Source: Desulfobacterales bacterium (lineage in GTDB: Bacteria; Desulfobacterota; Desulfobacteria; Desulfobacterales; UBA5852). From it: a DNA stretch of 64,000 nucleotides. This document shows positions 17,827 to 28,051 of the stretch, in pieces. Location of the stretch: contig CAXXVS010000003.1 of assembly GCA_963674755.2 (NCBI GenBank), forward strand, positions 2,624,001 to 2,688,000, written 5' to 3'. The notes beneath the pieces were generated by a model that saw nothing but the letters and a program-made list of their open reading frames with translations, was not told where the DNA came from and did no database searches. Made by a program: the position numbers and the translations under genes. Position 1 is the first letter of the stretch. Each line of letters opens with the position of its first letter.

Positions 17827-18580
17827 GGGTTATCCTCCGTACCAGCTGGTTGTAATCCATTGCGCCGGCGGCATGGCGGCTGTACTCGAAGATGCTCTGG
17901 CCGCTGGAAGGCGCTTCGGTCAAACGGACATTATAGTGGATGGGTTCGCAGATCTGTTTGCGGAACAGACGCCGCAGGATGTTGTAGATTTCTTCGCTGT
18001 GACGGGTACGTCGGTCATACAGGGTGGGCAGGACATACTTCAGCTGAAGCTCCTGGTTCAGGCGCTGGGCGGACATCAGGTAGCCGAAAAAGGTCTTCAG
18101 GCCTTCCAGGGCCGGTCCTTGCAGGGCCACCGGGCAAAGCACTTCCGTGGCCGCCATCAGGATGTTGACGCTGAGGACGTCCCACCCCGGAGCGCAGTCG
18201 AATATAAGGTAGTCCAGGGCGCCGTCCCGCGGGACCAGGGCTTGGGCCAGGACGGATTGGCGAATATCCCGGGGCTGCTCCCCCAGCCAGTTTTTCAATT
18301 CCACCAGACTGATGCCGCCCCCCAGTAGCCACAGATTTTCCCGCGCCGGGAAAAGCGCTTCCTTTTTAGCCACAGTCTTGCCCTGGACATCCGCCCCGGT
18401 GATGAATTCGTACAGACCGTAGGGCGGGGCGACCCCCAGGAATTTGGCTGTTTGTCCCTGGGTATCGCAGTCCACGATCAGGACCCGATGACCTGCCAGG
18501 GCCAGGCCATGGGCCAGATTGACGGCCGTGGTGGTCTTGCCGACGCCGCCCTTGGCCATTGCAACCGCAAGTTTACGCAT
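17816..18580 (-). CDS. ParA/Soj family ATPase
   Basis: Deviant Walker A KGGVGKTTT, VDCDTQG, IFDCAPG, PTLYDRRT, VRLTEAPS. Confidence 0.92.
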   Translation of the reverse strand: MRKLAVAMAKGGVGKTTTAVNLAHGLALAGHRVLIVDCDTQGQTAKFLGVAPPYGLYEFITGADVQGKTVAKKEALFPARENLWLLGGGISLVELKNWLGEQPRDIRQSVLAQALVPRDGALDYLIFDCAPGWDVLSVNILMAATEVLCPVALQGPALEGLKTFFGYLMSAQRLNQELQLKYVLPTLYDRRTRHSEEIYNILRRLFRKQICEPIHYNVRLTEAPSSGQSIFEYSRHAAGAMDYNQLVRRITHDA

Positions 18581-18842
18581 GGTTTCGCAAGCCTCCCTCT
18601 TCCCTTGTAGAATTCTTCTGTTATACTATTCGCACCCACATGACAATCCCTTTCTATCGTCAGGCGCCTTCGGGCAACGGCCGTCCCGCCCGAGACCCCA
18701 AGCCATGTTATCCGGCCATGGGTCTGGAAGCCTTCGGTTGACACGAATGGCATTCAAAAATATAAAGTGGCCTAACGCCGGTTGACCACCTGTTTTACAG
18801 GTCGCCCTTCACTTATTTTGCATTTCCGGGACATCGCTTCGC

Positions 18843-21107
18843 ATGACTTACGATAAAAAGGCCTCCCCTCAGATGTCTGCGGAAATGCCTGGAGGCGCGG
18901 CAACACCCGCTCGTTCCCCGCGTCCAGACATCGGTGGAACGACGGATATCGATTTGACCCGTCTGCAGCGGGAACGCCAGGCCTTCCACATCTTGACCGA
19001 GGCGGCTATTTCCCAGGACGATTTGCCGGCGATCTGTCACAAGGTTCTCGCCGACCTTCTGGATGTACTCGGTTTCGATTGCGCCACCCTGTGGCTTTAC
19101 GATCCGGTAACCCGTTTGCTGAACCCGATCGCTGTTCTGGATCACCGGGAACAGCGGATGAGGGACCAATTCCCCCCCCAATCCATTGACGATCAGCACT
19201 ACATCGGGGCGTTAGTGGCCCGGCAGGGCGAGCCGGTGTTCGCGCCGGATGTGAAGGCGCATCCCATCGGCCAGACCCATGCCCTGCGGATCCGGGAGCT
19301 GGGGTTCAGAAGTTTCATTGCCTTTCCCATTGCCGATGCGTCCGGGGCGCTGATCGGCGTGGTTCAGATCAATGCCAGCCAGGCGCGTTCCTTCAGCCCG
19401 GGCGACCGCACGTTTTTCGAGGCGGTGGCCCGGATGTTCGGCACGATCATCGAACACCGCCAGGCGGTGGACGCCCTCAGGAAGAGCGAGGCAAGTTATC
19501 GCACCCTTTTCGAGAACGCTCCGGCCGCCCTGTGGGTGGAGGACTTGTCCGGCGTCAAACGCTACCTCAATGAGCTGCGGGCGGCGGGGGTCACCGACCT
19601 GGCCGAACATTTCAAGCGTCATCCGGGCGCCGTGGCGGAATGTGCCGCCCTGATCCGGATACTCGATGTCAATCGGCAGTCCCTCGAACTTTATCAGGCC
19701 CGGGACAAAAAGGCGCTCATGACGGGCCTGCCTAAAATTATGACCCCCCAGGCGCTCGATGGCCTGACCAGGGAACTGGTGGCCATCGATGCCGGCCAAA
19801 CCCGTTCCGCCACAGAGGTGGAGAATCTCACCCTGACGGGCGAGAAGCGGCAGCTGGTGATGCAGTGGTTCGTGGCGCCGGGCCATGAGAACGATTACGG
19901 GCGCGTGCTCCTGTCATTTCTGGATGTGACCGCTACCCGGGCCTTGGAGGCCCAGCTGCTGCAGTCCCAGAAGATGGAATCCGTGGGCACGCTGGCCGGC
20001 GGGATCGCGCACGATTTCAACAATATCATGCAGGCCATCAGCGGCTACACCCAGCTGATGCTGTGGGATCGCGGGCCGGACGATCCGGATTACGCCAACC
20101 TGTGTGCTATCGAGCAGGCCGCCGAACGGGCCAGCAAACTGACGCGCCAGCTGCTGACCTTCAGCCGCAAGGTGCCCAGCGCACTGAAGCCGGTGAACCT
20201 CAACGTGGAAATCGAGAATGTCGGCAAAATCCTGGCCCACACCATTCCCAAAATGATTCGCATCGAGCAGCGCCTGGCAGGGGATCTTTGCATGGTCAAT
20301 GCCGATCGTTCCCAACTCGAACTGGTTCTGATGAACCTCGGCATCAACGCCAGCAATGCCATGCCCGATGGCGGGCACCTCGTTTTCGAGACCCGCAACG
20401 TTTTCCTTCACCAGGACGACCCCTCGGCCTCGCATCTCGTGGACGGGGAGGGCGCCTATGTGCTGCTGTCCGTCTCCGATACCGGGCACGGCATGGATAG
20501 GGAAACCCGGGGGCGGATATTCGAGCCCTTTTTTACGACCCGGGATATCGGCCAGGGGTCCGGTCTGGGACTCGCCATGGTCTATGGGATCATCAAGAAC
20601 CACCACGGCCACATTCTGTGCACCAGCGAACCGGGGCAGGGGGCCTGCTTCGCCATCTATCTGCCGGCCATTCCCGCGCCGCGGGTCGTGGGGGGCGATC
20701 AGATGCCCGTGGAAGCGACACAGCCCGCGGGCCGTGAAACCATATTGGTGGTCGACGACGAAGCCGCGATCCTGGACCTGGCCGAGACCCTGCTGGGACG
20801 TTTCGGCTACCGGGTCCTGCGGGCCGAAAACGGTGAGCAGGCCTTAACGGTCATGGCTGCCCAGGAAAAGCCCGTGGACCTCGTCATCCTGGATCTCAAC
20901 ATGCCCGGCATGGGCGGGCATCAGTGTCTGGCAACCCTGCGGGCGGATTACCCCCGGGTGCCGGTCCTGGTGGCCAGCGGTTATTCTCCCGACGGATCGG
21001 GTGGCGAATCTCAGGTGGCCGGGGCCGCCGGATTCATCGGAAAACCCTACCACCTCAAGGAAATGCTGCGCGTGGTGCGTAACGTCATCGATACCGGCGC
21101 GCCCTAA
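18843..21107 (+). CDS. Cytoplasmic hybrid histidine kinase (GAF-PAS-HisKA-HATPase-REC)
   Basis: AGGIAHDFNN H-box, DTGHGM, GSGLGL, C-terminal receiver DLNMPGMGG. Confidence 0.92.
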   Translation: MTYDKKASPQMSAEMPGGAATPARSPRPDIGGTTDIDLTRLQRERQAFHILTEAAISQDDLPAICHKVLADLLDVLGFDCATLWLYDPVTRLLNPIAVLDHREQRMRDQFPPQSIDDQHYIGALVARQGEPVFAPDVKAHPIGQTHALRIRELGFRSFIAFPIADASGALIGVVQINASQARSFSPGDRTFFEAVARMFGTIIEHRQAVDALRKSEASYRTLFENAPAALWVEDLSGVKRYLNELRAAGVTDLAEHFKRHPGAVAECAALIRILDVNRQSLELYQARDKKALMTGLPKIMTPQALDGLTRELVAIDAGQTRSATEVENLTLTGEKRQLVMQWFVAPGHENDYGRVLLSFLDVTATRALEAQLLQSQKMESVGTLAGGIAHDFNNIMQAISGYTQLMLWDRGPDDPDYANLCAIEQAAERASKLTRQLLTFSRKVPSALKPVNLNVEIENVGKILAHTIPKMIRIEQRLAGDLCMVNADRSQLELVLMNLGINASNAMPDGGHLVFETRNVFLHQDDPSASHLVDGEGAYVLLSVSDTGHGMDRETRGRIFEPFFTTRDIGQGSGLGLAMVYGIIKNHHGHILCTSEPGQGACFAIYLPAIPAPRVVGGDQMPVEATQPAGRETILVVDDEAAILDLAETLLGRFGYRVLRAENGEQALTVMAAQEKPVDLVILDLNMPGMGGHQCLATLRADYPRVPVLVASGYSPDGSGGESQVAGAAGFIGKPYHLKEMLRVVRNVIDTGAP

Positions 21108-21198
21108 ATCCGTGGAGAGGGGACGCCGATGCCCCATCGGGATCATGAAGGCCAACAGCCTTCCTTGGGATCAACCTGAATGTTAGCCGAGCCACTGG

Positions 21199-22953
21199 AT
21201 GCCCAGCGCCGTCAGTTATAAGGATATTTTCGACACCACCAGCAATGGCGTTCTGGTCACCGATGCCAAAGGCTGCCTGACCCATATCAACCCGCAGGCC
21301 GAAAAAATACTGGGATTCAATGCCCGCCGCCATGTCGGCCGCCTCATCTCCGACCTGCTGCCCCTGACCGGCCCCCAGGTCATGACTTGTATCGCCAGCG
21401 GTGAATCCAACCTGGGGCACATGATCAAGGGCAAGGTCGTCGACCTGGTTTTGTTTATTACCCCCATCAAGACGGCCGACGGACACGTGCGCGGCGCCAT
21501 GTGCACCTTTCAGGAGATGGGGCAGTTCGAGCTGTCAGTGCGCAAGATGGAATCCTATCAGCGGCTGAACCGTGAGCTGGCCGCGATCTTCGATGCCTCC
21601 TCGGACGGACTCTGGGTGTGCGACCACGAGGGGCAGGTGATCAACATCAACAAAGCCTCGGCCCAGCTCAACGGGATCAAGGCCGAGGAAATCATCGGCC
21701 AGCACATCGGTGACCTGGTGGCCAGGGGGTTTTTCGACCGGTCGGTCACCCTGGAGGTGATCGAGACCCGGCGCCAGGTCAGCATCATGCAGTTTGTCAA
21801 ACGGACCAACCGCTATCTCCTGGCAACGGGCACCCCGGTCTTCGACGATCAGGGGCAGCTGCACATTATCGTGGTCAACGAACGGGACATGACCCAGTTG
21901 AACGTTATCCGCCAGGAACTCGAGCAGACCCAGATGGTCACGGAAAAAATGCGCGACGAGTTGACCGAGCTGCGCTTGATGGCGCTCAAGGATCAGGCCA
22001 TCATCGCCGAAAGCAAGGAAATGCGCGGCGTCCTGACAGCGGCCCTGAAGCTGGCCCGGCTGGACGCCTCCAACATCCTGCTTTTGGGAGAGTCCGGAAC
22101 GGGCAAGGGCTTGATGGCCCGGTTCATCCACATGAACGGCAGCCGGCGCAAAAAGCCCTTTATCCCCATCAATTGTGCGGCCCTGCCGGAAAGTCTGCTG
22201 GAGGCGGAGCTTTTCGGCTATGAGCGCGGTGCTTTTACCGGAGCCCGTGAGCAGGGCAAAGCCGGATTGTTCGAGCTGGCCCACGAGGGCACGCTCTTCC
22301 TGGACGAAATCGGCGATTTGCCGCTGCCCCTGCAGGCCAAGCTGCTTAAATATCTGGACGATCACGAAATCCTGCGTCTGGGCGGGGTGAAGGCACGCAC
22401 CATCGACTGCTCGATCATCGCCGCCACCAACCGGGATATCGAGGGGCTGGTGAAACGCCGTCAGTTTCGCGAGGATCTCTATTTTCGTCTGAATGCCTTT
22501 ACACTGCGGATACCCCCTCTGCGCGCACGCCCCGAAGACATCTTCGAGCTGATCCGTTTCTATCTGCAACGCTACAGCCGGACCTACCGGACCCGGCGCA
22601 AGCTCATGCCGGAAACTCTTGAGAAACTCCAGAACTATGCCTTTCCGGGCAATGTCCGGGAACTGAAGAACCTCATCAAGCGGGCCGTCGTCATGGGGGA
22701 GAGCGAGATGCTGGACGGCTTCCTCAACCGGAGCCTGGAGGCGGTGCACGCTTCGGGAAAATCCGATCGGTTGGCTCCCTCCGGCCGCACCTCGCTGACC
22801 GACGAGGTGAATGCTTACGAAAAGCAACTTTTCCAGAGCGCCGTCCGCCAGTGCCGAACCACCCGCGAGTTGTCAGCCGCCCTGGGTATCAGCCAACCTA
22901 CGGTGGTGCGGAAAATGAAAAAATACGGGTTGGGCTTTGCGATTGATTCATAA
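21199..22953 (+). CDS. PAS-PAS sigma54-dependent transcriptional activator
   Basis: Two PAS repeats, [32 protein letters not shown], TyrR-like HTH (LGISQPTVVRKMKKYG). Confidence 0.93.
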   Translation: MPSAVSYKDIFDTTSNGVLVTDAKGCLTHINPQAEKILGFNARRHVGRLISDLLPLTGPQVMTCIASGESNLGHMIKGKVVDLVLFITPIKTADGHVRGAMCTFQEMGQFELSVRKMESYQRLNRELAAIFDASSDGLWVCDHEGQVININKASAQLNGIKAEEIIGQHIGDLVARGFFDRSVTLEVIETRRQVSIMQFVKRTNRYLLATGTPVFDDQGQLHIIVVNERDMTQLNVIRQELEQTQMVTEKMRDELTELRLMALKDQAIIAESKEMRGVLTAALKLARLDASNILLLGESGTGKGLMARFIHMNGSRRKKPFIPINCAALPESLLEAELFGYERGAFTGAREQGKAGLFELAHEGTLFLDEIGDLPLPLQAKLLKYLDDHEILRLGGVKARTIDCSIIAATNRDIEGLVKRRQFREDLYFRLNAFTLRIPPLRARPEDIFELIRFYLQRYSRTYRTRRKLMPETLEKLQNYAFPGNVRELKNLIKRAVVMGESEMLDGFLNRSLEAVHASGKSDRLAPSGRTSLTDEVNAYEKQLFQSAVRQCRTTRELSAALGISQPTVVRKMKKYGLGFAIDS

Positions 22954-23085
22954 ATGAATCATGAAAATGGTTCAACTATTTGAATTCTTAACTAAAAATA
23001 TATAATCGTATATGATCTGATTATGAATCTATAAAAAAATAAATAAATTAAATAGGTTATATTTTTTAAGATTCTATTATGAATC
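22945..23085. promoter_or_regulatory. Three candidate enhancer palindromes GATTCA-N4-TGAATC in an AT-rich spacer
   Basis: GATTCA-TAAA-TGAATC (22945), GATCTG-ATTA-TGAATC (23014) and GATTCT-ATTA-TGAATC (23070). Confidence 0.65.
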
Positions 23086-23159
23086 ACCGCTCCGGTCGTC
23101 ACCCTATTCCATGCCGTTGAATCCCTGCTATGTCCTGCCCATGGCCGCTTCGCCAGACC

Positions 23160-23175
23160 TGGCCCGCAAGTTGCA
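23160..23175 (+). promoter_or_regulatory. Sigma54 -24/-12 promoter of the polyamine operon
   Basis: TGGCCC-GCAAG-TTGCA, close to consensus TGGCAC-N5-TTGCW, 54 nt before the gabT start. Confidence 0.85.
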
Positions 23176-23229
23176 GCGCGGTACGGTTTTCAATCACCAC
23201 CCAAACGGTTTGCCATCAGAGGAGGCACA

Positions 23230-24540
23230 ATGGAAGCAACATCCCCAACGGAAGCGTTAGGCCGGACCCGGGCGCAGGTGATGGCCAAAGGATACGCCAG
23301 CGGCACGGCCACCTATGTGGATCATGCCCGGGGCGCGATGCTCTACGACATCGAGGGGCGCGAATACATCGACTTCGCCGGCGGCATCGCCGTGATGAAT
23401 GTGGGCCACTCCCACCCCAAAGTCGTTGCGGCGATCCAGGATCAGGCGGCCAAATTCACCCATACCTGTTTCATGGTGCTGCCCTATGCCCCGGCCGTCG
23501 ATCTGGCCGAGCGTCTCTGCGGGCTGGTCCCGGGGGACTTCGACAAAGCCGCCATGTTTATCAACAGCGGCGCCGAAGCCGTGGAGAACGCCGTCAAGAT
23601 CGCCCGCTACGCGACCAAACGCCAAGGCATCATCTGCTTCGACAACGCCTTTCACGGCCGGACGCTCATGGGCATGAGCCTCACCAGCAAGGTCAAACCC
23701 TACAAATTCGGTTTCGGCCCCTTTGCGCCTGAAATCTATCGCATGCCTTACGCCTACTGCTACCGCTGCCCCTTCGGGTTGCACTATCCGGACTGCCAGA
23801 CCGCCTGTGCGGACCACCTGGAGTCGTTTCTGATCTCCCATGTGGCCCCCGAGAATACGGCCGCCCTCATAGCCGAGCCGATTCAGGGGGAGGGCGGCTT
23901 TATCACCCCGCCGCCGGAATACTTCCCCAAGCTCAAGCGCATCTGCGAGAAGTACGGCATCCTGTTTGTCGCCGACGAGATCCAGACCGGCATCGGGCGC
24001 ACCGGCAAGATGTTCGCCATGGAGCACTGGGGGGTGGCGGCCGATATCACCACGGTGGCCAAGAGCCTGGCGGCGGGAATGCCGCTGAGCGCCGTGGTGG
24101 GCCGCAAGGACATCATGGACAGCGTGCATCTCTCTGGCGTCGGCGGGACATACGGGGGCAATCCCCTGTCCTGTCGGGCGGCCCTGGCCGTGCTGGAGAT
24201 CTTCGAAACCGAAGATCTCCTTGCCAAAGGTCAGGCCCTGGGAGAAAAGCTGCGTCAGCGATTTGATCAGTTTCAGAACCAATTCGAGATCATTGGCGAC
24301 GTGCGGGGCATCGGGCCCATGCTGGCCCTCGAATTGGTGGAAGACCGGGAAACCAAAACCCCCGCCGGGGATGCCGCCAAAAAGCTGGTGGCCTACTGCC
24401 ACGAAAAGGGGCTGATCCTCCTGGCGTGCGGCGGCTACGGCAATGTCATCCGGGTGCTGATGCCTCTGGTGATTACGGACGAACAACTGGAAAAGGGGCT
24501 GGCCATCATGGCCGACGGGCTGGCGGCCCTGACCAACTGA
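23230..24540 (+). CDS. gabT: 4-aminobutyrate (or 5-aminovalerate) aminotransferase
   Basis: IDFAGGIAVMNVGHSHP, NSGAEAVENAVKIAR, FHGRT, LTSKVKPYKFGFGP, EPIQGEGG, ADEIQTG, AKSLAAGMPLS. Confidence 0.92.
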   Translation: MEATSPTEALGRTRAQVMAKGYASGTATYVDHARGAMLYDIEGREYIDFAGGIAVMNVGHSHPKVVAAIQDQAAKFTHTCFMVLPYAPAVDLAERLCGLVPGDFDKAAMFINSGAEAVENAVKIARYATKRQGIICFDNAFHGRTLMGMSLTSKVKPYKFGFGPFAPEIYRMPYAYCYRCPFGLHYPDCQTACADHLESFLISHVAPENTAALIAEPIQGEGGFITPPPEYFPKLKRICEKYGILFVADEIQTGIGRTGKMFAMEHWGVAADITTVAKSLAAGMPLSAVVGRKDIMDSVHLSGVGGTYGGNPLSCRAALAVLEIFETEDLLAKGQALGEKLRQRFDQFQNQFEIIGDVRGIGPMLALELVEDRETKTPAGDAAKKLVAYCHEKGLILLACGGYGNVIRVLMPLVITDEQLEKGLAIMADGLAALTN

Positions 24541-24541
24541 T

Positions 24542-24871
24542 ATGAATCGATTCTCCCTCGGAGAAGCCTGCTCCTGGATCGAGATCAAGCGCCGCCTTGA
24601 TCCGGCCTGGAGCTATGTGGTGATCGAAACAACGGCGGCGACATCCGGTGCCGATATTTTTGACAGCATCGTGACGCTCCTTTCGGAACATGCCGACGGG
24701 ATCCGGTCCCAGGAGATCTGCCGGGAAAGGGAATCCGGTAAATTGTTGCTGCTGGTGCAACTGAATCCGAATAAGGCCGAGGCGGTGAAAGAGGTGCTGC
24801 TCGATCCGCGGCTGCCGCCATCGGTTACGGTTTATTTTTACAACCATTCCCTGCACGGGGAACAATGCTGA
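24542..24871 (+). CDS. Hypothetical protein in the polyamine operon
   Basis: 109 aa, starts 1 nt after the gabT stop; no motif recognised. Confidence 0.65.
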   Translation: MNRFSLGEACSWIEIKRRLDPAWSYVVIETTAATSGADIFDSIVTLLSEHADGIRSQEICRERESGKLLLLVQLNPNKAEAVKEVLLDPRLPPSVTVYFYNHSLHGEQC

Positions 24872-24918
24872 CGGCATCCCTGAGGTGCCTGGAGAAACCC
24901 TAGAAAGGAGTATTTATT

Positions 24919-26268
24919 ATGCCGCGAGACGTGGCCCTGGCCCTATCTGAAACTGAGCGCATGGTGAACCTGATCGTGACCCCGGATACCGAGGTGACTG
25001 AGGAGGATCGGCGCCGGATCGCCAAGGAGACCGTCGAAAATTTTGGCAACCACATCAACAAAGGTTTTCTGGAATACCGGAAGTCCGTCACCGAAACGAG
25101 TGATTTTGCCGTCACCGAGTGGTATGGCCAGGGATCCAAGATGGTCGACGCGCTGGGCCGGGAATTCATTGACATGCTGGGCGGGTTCGGCCTCTATACA
25201 GCCGGCATCCGTCATCCCAAGATCATCGCCGCGGTCAAGGCCCAACTGGACCGCAGCCCCCAGTACAGCCAGGAGATGCTCGATCCCCTGCGGGCCCATC
25301 TGGCCAAAGTGCTGGCCCTGCTGACGCCGGGGGATATCCAGTACGGATTTTTTGCCAACAGCGGCACCGAGGGGGTGGAGGGTGCCATGAAACTGGCCAA
25401 GCTCTACACCCGCAAAAAAGGATTCATCTCGATGCTCAAGGGATTTCACGGCAAGACCCTGGGCGCCCTGTCCCTGATGGGAAAATCCGTCTTTCGCGAA
25501 CCCCTGCTGCCGCTGCTGGAGGGGGTGCGGCACGTCCCCTTCGGGGATGCCGAGGCCGTGGAGACCATGCTGGCTTCGGCCAAGGCCGTGGGCAGCGGAA
25601 TCGCCGCCGTGGTGGCCGAGCCCATCCAGGGGGAAGCCGGCGCCATCGTACCGCCCGACGACTTCTGGCCGCGCTTGCGGGAATTGTGCGACTATTACGG
25701 GGTCTTGCTGATCGCCGATGAAGTCCAGACCGGATTCGGACGCACCGGCAAGATCTTCGGAGTCGACCACTGGGATGTGGCCCCGGATATCATGTGTCTC
25801 GGCAAAGCGCTGGGGGGCGGGGTCGTTCCCATGTCGGCCTTCCTGTCCACCCCCAAGATTTGGTCCTGCCTGGAACCCAATCCGTTTATGCATACCACCA
25901 CCACGGGGGGCAATCCGCTGGCCTGCGCCGCGGCCCTGGCTCAGATCAACGTGCTCCTTGCCGAGGATCTCGCGGGTCAGGCGGCGACCAAAGGTGCCTA
26001 TATTATAGAAAAATTGAACGGATTGAAGCAACAGTATCCGGGCATTCTGGCGGATGCCCATGGCAAGGGCCTGCTGATCGGTATGGAATTTCCTTCGGAC
26101 ACGACCGGCTACGCGGTGGCTTCGGGCCTGTTCAGCCGCGGTGTGTTGACGGCCGGCACCCTGACCAACTCCAAGACGATCCGCATCGAACCGGCGCTCA
26201 ATGTGCCCATGGAGATCGTCGACGAGATGCTCAACCGGCTGGAAGACACGTTCAAGAGCATTTCCTAA
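24919..26268 (+). CDS. patA: Putrescine aminotransferase
   Basis: HINKGFLEYRKSVT, SQEMLDPLRAHLAKVLALLTPGD, NSGTEGVEGAMKLAK, NPFMHTTT, AGTLTNSKTIRIEP; these closely follow PatA/YgjG. Confidence 0.9.
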   Translation: MPRDVALALSETERMVNLIVTPDTEVTEEDRRRIAKETVENFGNHINKGFLEYRKSVTETSDFAVTEWYGQGSKMVDALGREFIDMLGGFGLYTAGIRHPKIIAAVKAQLDRSPQYSQEMLDPLRAHLAKVLALLTPGDIQYGFFANSGTEGVEGAMKLAKLYTRKKGFISMLKGFHGKTLGALSLMGKSVFREPLLPLLEGVRHVPFGDAEAVETMLASAKAVGSGIAAVVAEPIQGEAGAIVPPDDFWPRLRELCDYYGVLLIADEVQTGFGRTGKIFGVDHWDVAPDIMCLGKALGGGVVPMSAFLSTPKIWSCLEPNPFMHTTTTGGNPLACAAALAQINVLLAEDLAGQAATKGAYIIEKLNGLKQQYPGILADAHGKGLLIGMEFPSDTTGYAVASGLFSRGVLTAGTLTNSKTIRIEPALNVPMEIVDEMLNRLEDTFKSIS

Positions 26269-26312
26269 TGGTTTGGTGTACCCCCCGGGGCGGCCCGGGA
26301 AAGGAGGCCCTG

Positions 26313-28040
26313 ATGAAACTGATCAAAGTCGATCTGACAGCGAAAACCATTCAAACCGAGGATCTCCCTTCCGCATACGAAGGACTTGGCGGTCGGGCCC
26401 TGACCTCGAACTACATCAACGACCATGTGCCCGCCGGGTGTGATCCCCTGGGGCCGGAAAACCTGCTGATCTTCGCCCCAGGCTATTTCAGCGGCACGCC
26501 CCTGGTCAACACCAGCCGGCTTTCCGTGGGCGCCAAGAGCCCGCTGACCGGCGGCATCAAGGAAAGCAACGTGGGGGGCACGGCGGCGGCCGCTTTGGCC
26601 AACCTGGGCATTTCGGCCCTCGTGGTGGAGGGTCAGGCCCCCGAAGGGGAGTCCTGGCTGCTCAAGATCGATGCGCAAGGGCAGGTAGCGTTGCTGGACG
26701 GTGCCGACTGCCGCGGCCTGCGCACCTATGCCCTGGCGGAGAAGCTTCTCGCGGCCCACGGCCCCAAGAACAATATCACCTGCATCGGGCCGGCGGGAGA
26801 GGATCTGCTGAGTGCGGCCTCCATCCAGACCACCGACCTGGACGACCATCCCTGCCGGGCGGCCGGCCGCGGCGGCCTGGGGGCGGTCATGGGCTCCAAG
26901 GGACTCAAAGCGCTGATCGTCAGCCGTTCGGGCAAGGCCGCCGATCCTCTGGCCGATCCGGCGGCCTTCAAGGCGGCGGCCAAGGCTTACGCCCAGGCGG
27001 TCAAGGCCGACGAATTCAGCGGCGAGATCCTGCCCGAGCTGGGCTCGGCCTGCCTGGTGGAGGCCATCAACGAGGTGGGGGCCTTTCCGACCCGCAATGC
27101 CCGGGAGGGCCAGTTCGAGGACGCCGACAAGATCAGCGGGGAGGCCATGGCCCGCATCATTCGTGAGCGCGGCGGCAAGACCACCCACAAGGGCTGCGCC
27201 CAGTGCATCATCGACTGCTCCAACGAGTACGTGGATGCGGACGGCAAGTATGTCACTTCTTCGCTGGAGTACGAGACCATCTGGTCCATGGGCGGCATGA
27301 TCGGCAACGGCGACCTGGACGCCATCGCCCGGCTCGATTTCCTCTGCGACGACATCGGGCTGGACACCATCAGTACCGGGGTGGCCATCGCCGTGGCCAT
27401 GGATGCCGGCTACAAATCCTTCGGCGACGCCCAGGCCGCCATCGCCATGGTGGAGGAAGTGGCGCAAGGCACCGCCTTCGGCAAAATCATCGGCAGCGGG
27501 CCGGCGGCTGTGGGCAAGCACTTCAACCATGAGCGGGTGCCGGTCATGAAGGGCCAGAGCATGGCGGCCTACGACCCCCGCGCCATCCAGGGTATGGCGG
27601 TCACCTATGCCACCTCGCCCATGGGGGGCGACCATACGGCCGGCTGGGTGGTGGACCAGAACCTGGAAGCCTTCGGCGGCACCCTCGACCGGTTTTCGGC
27701 CGAAGGGCAGGTGGAGGCCTCCCGCAACACCCAGATTCACATGGCAGCGGTAGATACGGTGGGCATCTGTGATTTTGCCCAGTCCGGCCTGGCCGCCGAG
27801 GGGGGGATGGACAACGTCTACCGGATGGTGGCCGCCAAATCCGGCCAGCCCTTCGGCGAAGACGACTGGCAGGCACTGGGGCTGCGGGTGCTGAAGGCCG
27901 AGCGGGCCTTCAACCGGCGGGCCGGCTTCACGGCGGCCGACGACCACCTGCCGCGCATGTTCTATGAAGAACCCCTGCCGCCCCACAACAAGGTGGTGGT
28001 CATCAGTCCGGAGGAGCTTGAAAATACCTTTGATTTCTAA
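26313..28040 (+). CDS. Aldehyde:ferredoxin oxidoreductase family (W/Mo-pterin), copy 1
   Basis: RBS AAGGAGG; AKSPLTGGIKESNVGG, GRGGLGAVMGSKGLKA, CAQCIIDC, EYET, DDIGLDT, AYDPRA. Confidence 0.93.
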   Translation: MKLIKVDLTAKTIQTEDLPSAYEGLGGRALTSNYINDHVPAGCDPLGPENLLIFAPGYFSGTPLVNTSRLSVGAKSPLTGGIKESNVGGTAAAALANLGISALVVEGQAPEGESWLLKIDAQGQVALLDGADCRGLRTYALAEKLLAAHGPKNNITCIGPAGEDLLSAASIQTTDLDDHPCRAAGRGGLGAVMGSKGLKALIVSRSGKAADPLADPAAFKAAAKAYAQAVKADEFSGEILPELGSACLVEAINEVGAFPTRNAREGQFEDADKISGEAMARIIRERGGKTTHKGCAQCIIDCSNEYVDADGKYVTSSLEYETIWSMGGMIGNGDLDAIARLDFLCDDIGLDTISTGVAIAVAMDAGYKSFGDAQAAIAMVEEVAQGTAFGKIIGSGPAAVGKHFNHERVPVMKGQSMAAYDPRAIQGMAVTYATSPMGGDHTAGWVVDQNLEAFGGTLDRFSAEGQVEASRNTQIHMAAVDTVGICDFAQSGLAAEGGMDNVYRMVAAKSGQPFGEDDWQALGLRVLKAERAFNRRAGFTAADDHLPRMFYEEPLPPHNKVVVISPEELENTFDF

Positions 28041-28051
28041 AGGTGGCATTG

